NCBI GenBank assembly: GCA_002269645.1
Contig: NIVC01000359.1
Span: 124,001-188,000 of the forward strand
Length of the DNA: 64,000 nucleotides
Direction: 5' to 3'
From: Macrostomum lignano
Lineage: Eukaryota
This document shows positions 60,771 through 64,000 of this stretch, piece by piece; the first letter of the stretch is position 1; each line of letters starts with the position of its first letter. The translations under genes were made by a program, and so were the position numbers. The notes beneath the pieces are model-generated. The model was given only the letters and a program-made list of their open reading frames with translations. It had not been told where the DNA came from and ran no database searches.

Positions 60771-63700
60771 CTATCCCGCTAGTTCAGATAATAGACTAAA
60801 AGCTATAGTTTTAGATTTTCTTTGCGAGTTGTGCTTAGGACTGTGCTGATTTACAGATTCGGACTGCTGCGCGTCGCTCGCCTGCTGCGCGACGCTCGCC
60901 TGCTGCGCATCGCTCGACTGCTGACCGCCAGGACCTCGTTTCTTCGTCTTCTTCGCCTGCTGCGCATCGCTCGACTGCTGACCACCAGGACCTCGTTTCT
61001 TCGCCTTCTTCGCCTGCTGCGCATCGCTCGACTGCTGACCACCAGGACCTCGTTTCTTCGCCTTCTTCGCCTGCTGCGCATCGCTCGACTGCTGACTGCC
61101 AGGACCTCGTTTCTTCGCCTGCTGCGCATCGCTCGACTGCTGACTGCCAGGACCTCGTTTCTTCGCCTGCTGCGCATCGCTTGACTGCTGACCGCCAGGA
61201 CCTCGTTTCTTCGCCTGCTGACCGCCAGGACCTCGTTTCTTCGCCTGCTGACCGCCAGGACCTCGTTTCTTCGCCTTCTTCGCCTCCTTTGCCTGCTGCG
61301 CGTCGCTCGCCTGCTGACCGCCAGGACCTCGTTTCTTCGCCTTCTTCGCCTCCTTTGCCTGCTGCGCGTCGCTCGCCTGCTGACCGCCAGGACCTCGTTT
61401 CTTCGCCTCCTTTGCCTGCTGCGCGTCGCTCGCTTGCTGCGAAATCGCTAGATCATACAGGTTCCGGGCGACCTCCTCCCCTTTTTTAGCAATTAAGACA
61501 GTCGTTGCTAAATAGCTTTGCTTAGCTGTTGCTTTTGAGTGCAACATTCTCCTGTGCATAAGATCCTGCTCTTCTTCGCTTAGAAGTTCACCACCTTTAG
61601 TCGTAAAAAAGTGACGATAAGTACGGACGTTGACTGTTTTCAAATCATTTAGGATCGGAAACGTTTCTCGAGATTTGCGCAAATAGGTTGAAAAAGAATG
61701 CAGTCCAATGTTCTGAAGCTGACCATAATCAAAAAAGTAATCAGCTGCGACCGCTCCGTTTGCAACACGATTATTTCCATACTCCAATAAAATTTCCTTA
61801 ATATCGATGACTGAAACTTGAATAACACCTAATTTGTCCGTCTTATGATTTAGGATTTCAAACATTGCTTGCGGATCAATATCCAGTTGGCCTTTCCATT
61901 CGAAAAATTGTTCCATTTTGGCATTCGAGACTGCATCGGCGCGGTGAAAGTTTCCTTTGCCAAAAAGAAAATACAGACCAATAAATATCATTTGTTCGCG
62001 AGATCCTGTAGGCTTAGATTCGGCGGCTGCGAAGAAGAAATCGACAACATCAAGGACAGTTTTGAGCTCGCTTACGGTCAGTCTACTTTTGTCCAGCGCA
62101 TATCGACGACGTGACTCGGCAAGTTTCTTGTCCTGTAATCGGGACTTTCCATAACCCTTACAGATGAAAAGGAAAGATTCGAGATCTTTGGTCAACTGAG
62201 CCGTTGAAACGAATTTAGAAAACGAGCTCTTCAGGTACACTCCAAAACGTTTTAGACCTTCAACATATGTCTTCGTTCCATCGGAGCAAGATTGAGACTT
62301 GCTAGTTAAAAACTCGTTAATCCTAGAACGGTGCTTCTCGCGAATAATATCGACCAGACTAGAAACTCCGGTAATAGACATAATTTTTGAAATAGCTCTG
62401 CGTGCTTGTGCCCGCGTCGATTGGGCAAGCCTTCCTCCGGGAAAATTTTTCAGGAAATCTTCGAAATCTTCTAACGATGGAACTAAATTGTCTTTTTCGT
62501 CATCTGGCGTATATTGAGAGCAATGAGAGGTGCTAGATTTTGACTTCCAACTTTGAAGGACATAGTTGGATACATTCGCCGTCTTGATGTCTTTAATGGA
62601 TTCCTTTGCCTCTTCTACGCTCATTTCGTGCCAGTGGGTTAAATGGCTGAAAAGACTGCTTTTTTGAGGAAGGTCACACTTCGGACAAATTATATCAGAA
62701 CTGCAGTTTTCTTCGGCTGCATCAGCGTCATCTTTTGGATTCTCTACACCTTTCGTCAGATGCATTTTGCTTGTCTCTTTCTTTCTTTCAGCATTGAGAC
62801 GATCTTTGGTAAATTTTTTGGTCGCCATTATCAAGCTCTTGCGTCCTTCGGACTGAAGTTTGTCTTTATGAAAATGTTTAAAGTGGTCGGCAAACCTCGA
62901 CTGTTTAATTAGATGAGTTGGGTCTAGATGGCACCAATAGTCATTGCCTGCTCTTTCTGCCGAGGTGGACTTTTTGGTCGTTGACTCTTTAGACGGTAAA
63001 CCGAAACGTTCATTGTTGAATTTGATTAATTCTTTTTTGATTTCGTCAAAGGAGCCGTATAACTCGTAGTTCTGATGATTTCGATCAAAGTGCTGCTTAA
63101 TCCTTGACTCCGTAATCAAATGACTGCTATCAAGATGGCAAACATATTGAATACCTTTTCGAGGTTTGTTACTGGAAATGCTAACGCCAAGATTCTCCAG
63201 TGCACGAAAAGGAGTCTTTTCACTTTTAGTAGACTTTTCCAAATCATCGTCGTCTTCGTCGTCAATAACAATCTGAATTATTTCGTTGGATTCTTCCGAC
63301 AGCCTTGGTTGCAGGACAACTTTATCACTCTTAACAGGACACTCTACCCGTGGCCAGATGTTGTCAGGTGTATCAGCGTCTAAGTCTACATTGCGCGCAT
63401 GACATTGAGGCCAACTTCTGATGGTCTTAAGGCCTTGATGGCCGAAATCCTGTGGTTGCTGGCCAGACTGAGCTGGATTATCTGGGACTTCTAGCACTAC
63501 TGTTCCTTCAACATGCACTCCTTCTGTTCCTTCAACGTGCAATCCTTCTGCTCCTTCAACATGCACTCCTTCTGTTCCTTCAACGTGCAATCCTTCTGTT
63601 CCTTCAACATGCACTCCTTCTGTTCCTTCAACGTGCAATCCTTCTGTTCCTTCAACATGCACTCCTTCTGTTCCTTCAACGTGCAATCCTTCTGTTCCTT

Positions 63701-64000
63701 CAACATGCAATCCTTCTGTTCCTTCAACATGCACTCCTTCTGTTCCTTCAACATGCACTCCTGTTCCTTCAACATGCACTCCTTCTGTTCCTTCAACATG
63801 CACTCCTTCTGTTCCTTCAACATGCAGGTCCTGGCTGTTAGATTTATCCACCAGATGGCTAGACGACTGAGCTGGATTAATTAATTCACCTTGCAGAAAT
63901 AATTCTTCCATTTCATGCATTGTTATAGGAGTATCAGTGAGTAGTTGTAAGAGACTACAACTAGAGGCTCCATTTTCTGGAGGCTCTGAAGGCAGCTCCA
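60771..64000 (-). CDS. Zinc-finger plus tyrosine recombinase (phage-integrase fold) protein of a Crypton-like or virus-derived mobile element; 5' incomplete
   Basis: Intronless frame open to the window edge (at least 1076 codons). Catalytic-like motifs: HRADAV (R 61941-61943), HKT (K 61842-61844), RTYRH (61611-61625), [12 protein letters not shown] (H 61539-61541, Y 61512-61514). C2H2 finger ICPKCD..HLTHWH; internal 24-bp and C-terminal coding repeats. Confidence 0.8.
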   Translation of the reverse strand, partial: ELPSEPPENGASSCSLLQLLTDTPITMHEMEELFLQGELINPAQSSSHLVDKSNSQDLHVEGTEGVHVEGTEGVHVEGTGVHVEGTEGVHVEGTEGLHVEGTEGLHVEGTEGVHVEGTEGLHVEGTEGVHVEGTEGLHVEGTEGVHVEGAEGLHVEGTEGVHVEGTVVLEVPDNPAQSGQQPQDFGHQGLKTIRSWPQCHARNVDLDADTPDNIWPRVECPVKSDKVVLQPRLSEESNEIIQIVIDDEDDDDLEKSTKSEKTPFRALENLGVSISSNKPRKGIQYVCHLDSSHLITESRIKQHFDRNHQNYELYGSFDEIKKELIKFNNERFGLPSKESTTKKSTSAERAGNDYWCHLDPTHLIKQSRFADHFKHFHKDKLQSEGRKSLIMATKKFTKDRLNAERKKETSKMHLTKGVENPKDDADAAEENCSSDIICPKCDLPQKSSLFSHLTHWHEMSVEEAKESIKDIKTANVSNYVLQSWKSKSSTSHCSQYTPDDEKDNLVPSLEDFEDFLKNFPGGRLAQSTRAQARRAISKIMSITGVSSLVDIIREKHRSRINEFLTSKSQSCSDGTKTYVEGLKRFGVYLKSSFSKFVSTAQLTKDLESFLFICKGYGKSRLQDKKLAESRRRYALDKSRLTVSELKTVLDVVDFFFAAAESKPTGSREQMIFIGLYFLFGKGNFHRADAVSNAKMEQFFEWKGQLDIDPQAMFEILNHKTDKLGVIQVSVIDIKEILLEYGNNRVANGAVAADYFFDYGQLQNIGLHSFSTYLRKSRETFPILNDLKTVNVRTYRHFFTTKGGELLSEEEQDLMHRRMLHSKATAKQSYLATTVLIAKKGEEVARNLYDLAISQQASDAQQAKEAKKRGPGGQQASDAQQAKEAKKAKKRGPGGQQASDAQQAKEAKKAKKRGPGGQQAKKRGPGGQQAKKRGPGGQQSSDAQQAKKRGPGSQQSSDAQQAKKRGPGSQQSSDAQQAKKAKKRGPGGQQSSDAQQAKKAKKRGPGGQQSSDAQQAKKTKKRGPGGQQSSDAQQASVAQQASDAQQSESVNQHSPKHNSQRKSKTIAFSLLSELAG

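Overview
Repeat-rich eukaryotic (animal) genomic DNA, not prokaryotic. Dense intronic minisatellites with GC-rich exons resemble the flatworm Macrostomum, but the taxon is an inference. Host genes reconstructed by hand from splice sites: WDR33 (11 exons, minus, 3753-25794), an orphan Q/G/M/C-rich single-exon ORF (36448-37110), a 4-exon lysine-rich coiled-coil gene with one frameshift (38278-40725, minus), MRPL37 (5 exons, 46936-52221), intronless TMEM167/kish (54056-54271) and a Tctex1-domain dynein light chain (54743-55351, minus). Mobile DNA: two tandem copies of a 5.2-kb non-autonomous Helitron2/Helentron-like element inside the last WDR33 intron; a nested stack (hAT-like MITE holding a Tc1 remnant and a solo LTR, which in turn holds a full-length THAP P element with 31-bp TIRs and 8-bp TSD); a Harbinger-like MITE; and a decayed LINE endonuclease. 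The most novel-looking part is the right end. It has an intronless ORF of at least 1076 codons, open to the window edge, encoding zinc fingers plus a variant tyrosine recombinase. Next to it are 190-bp and 80-bp tandem arrays that share an AAAAATGACA motif in opposite orientations, suggesting a Crypton-like or virus-derived integrating element with iteron-like sites. Several single-base frameshifts near homopolymers suggest long-read indel errors in the assembly.
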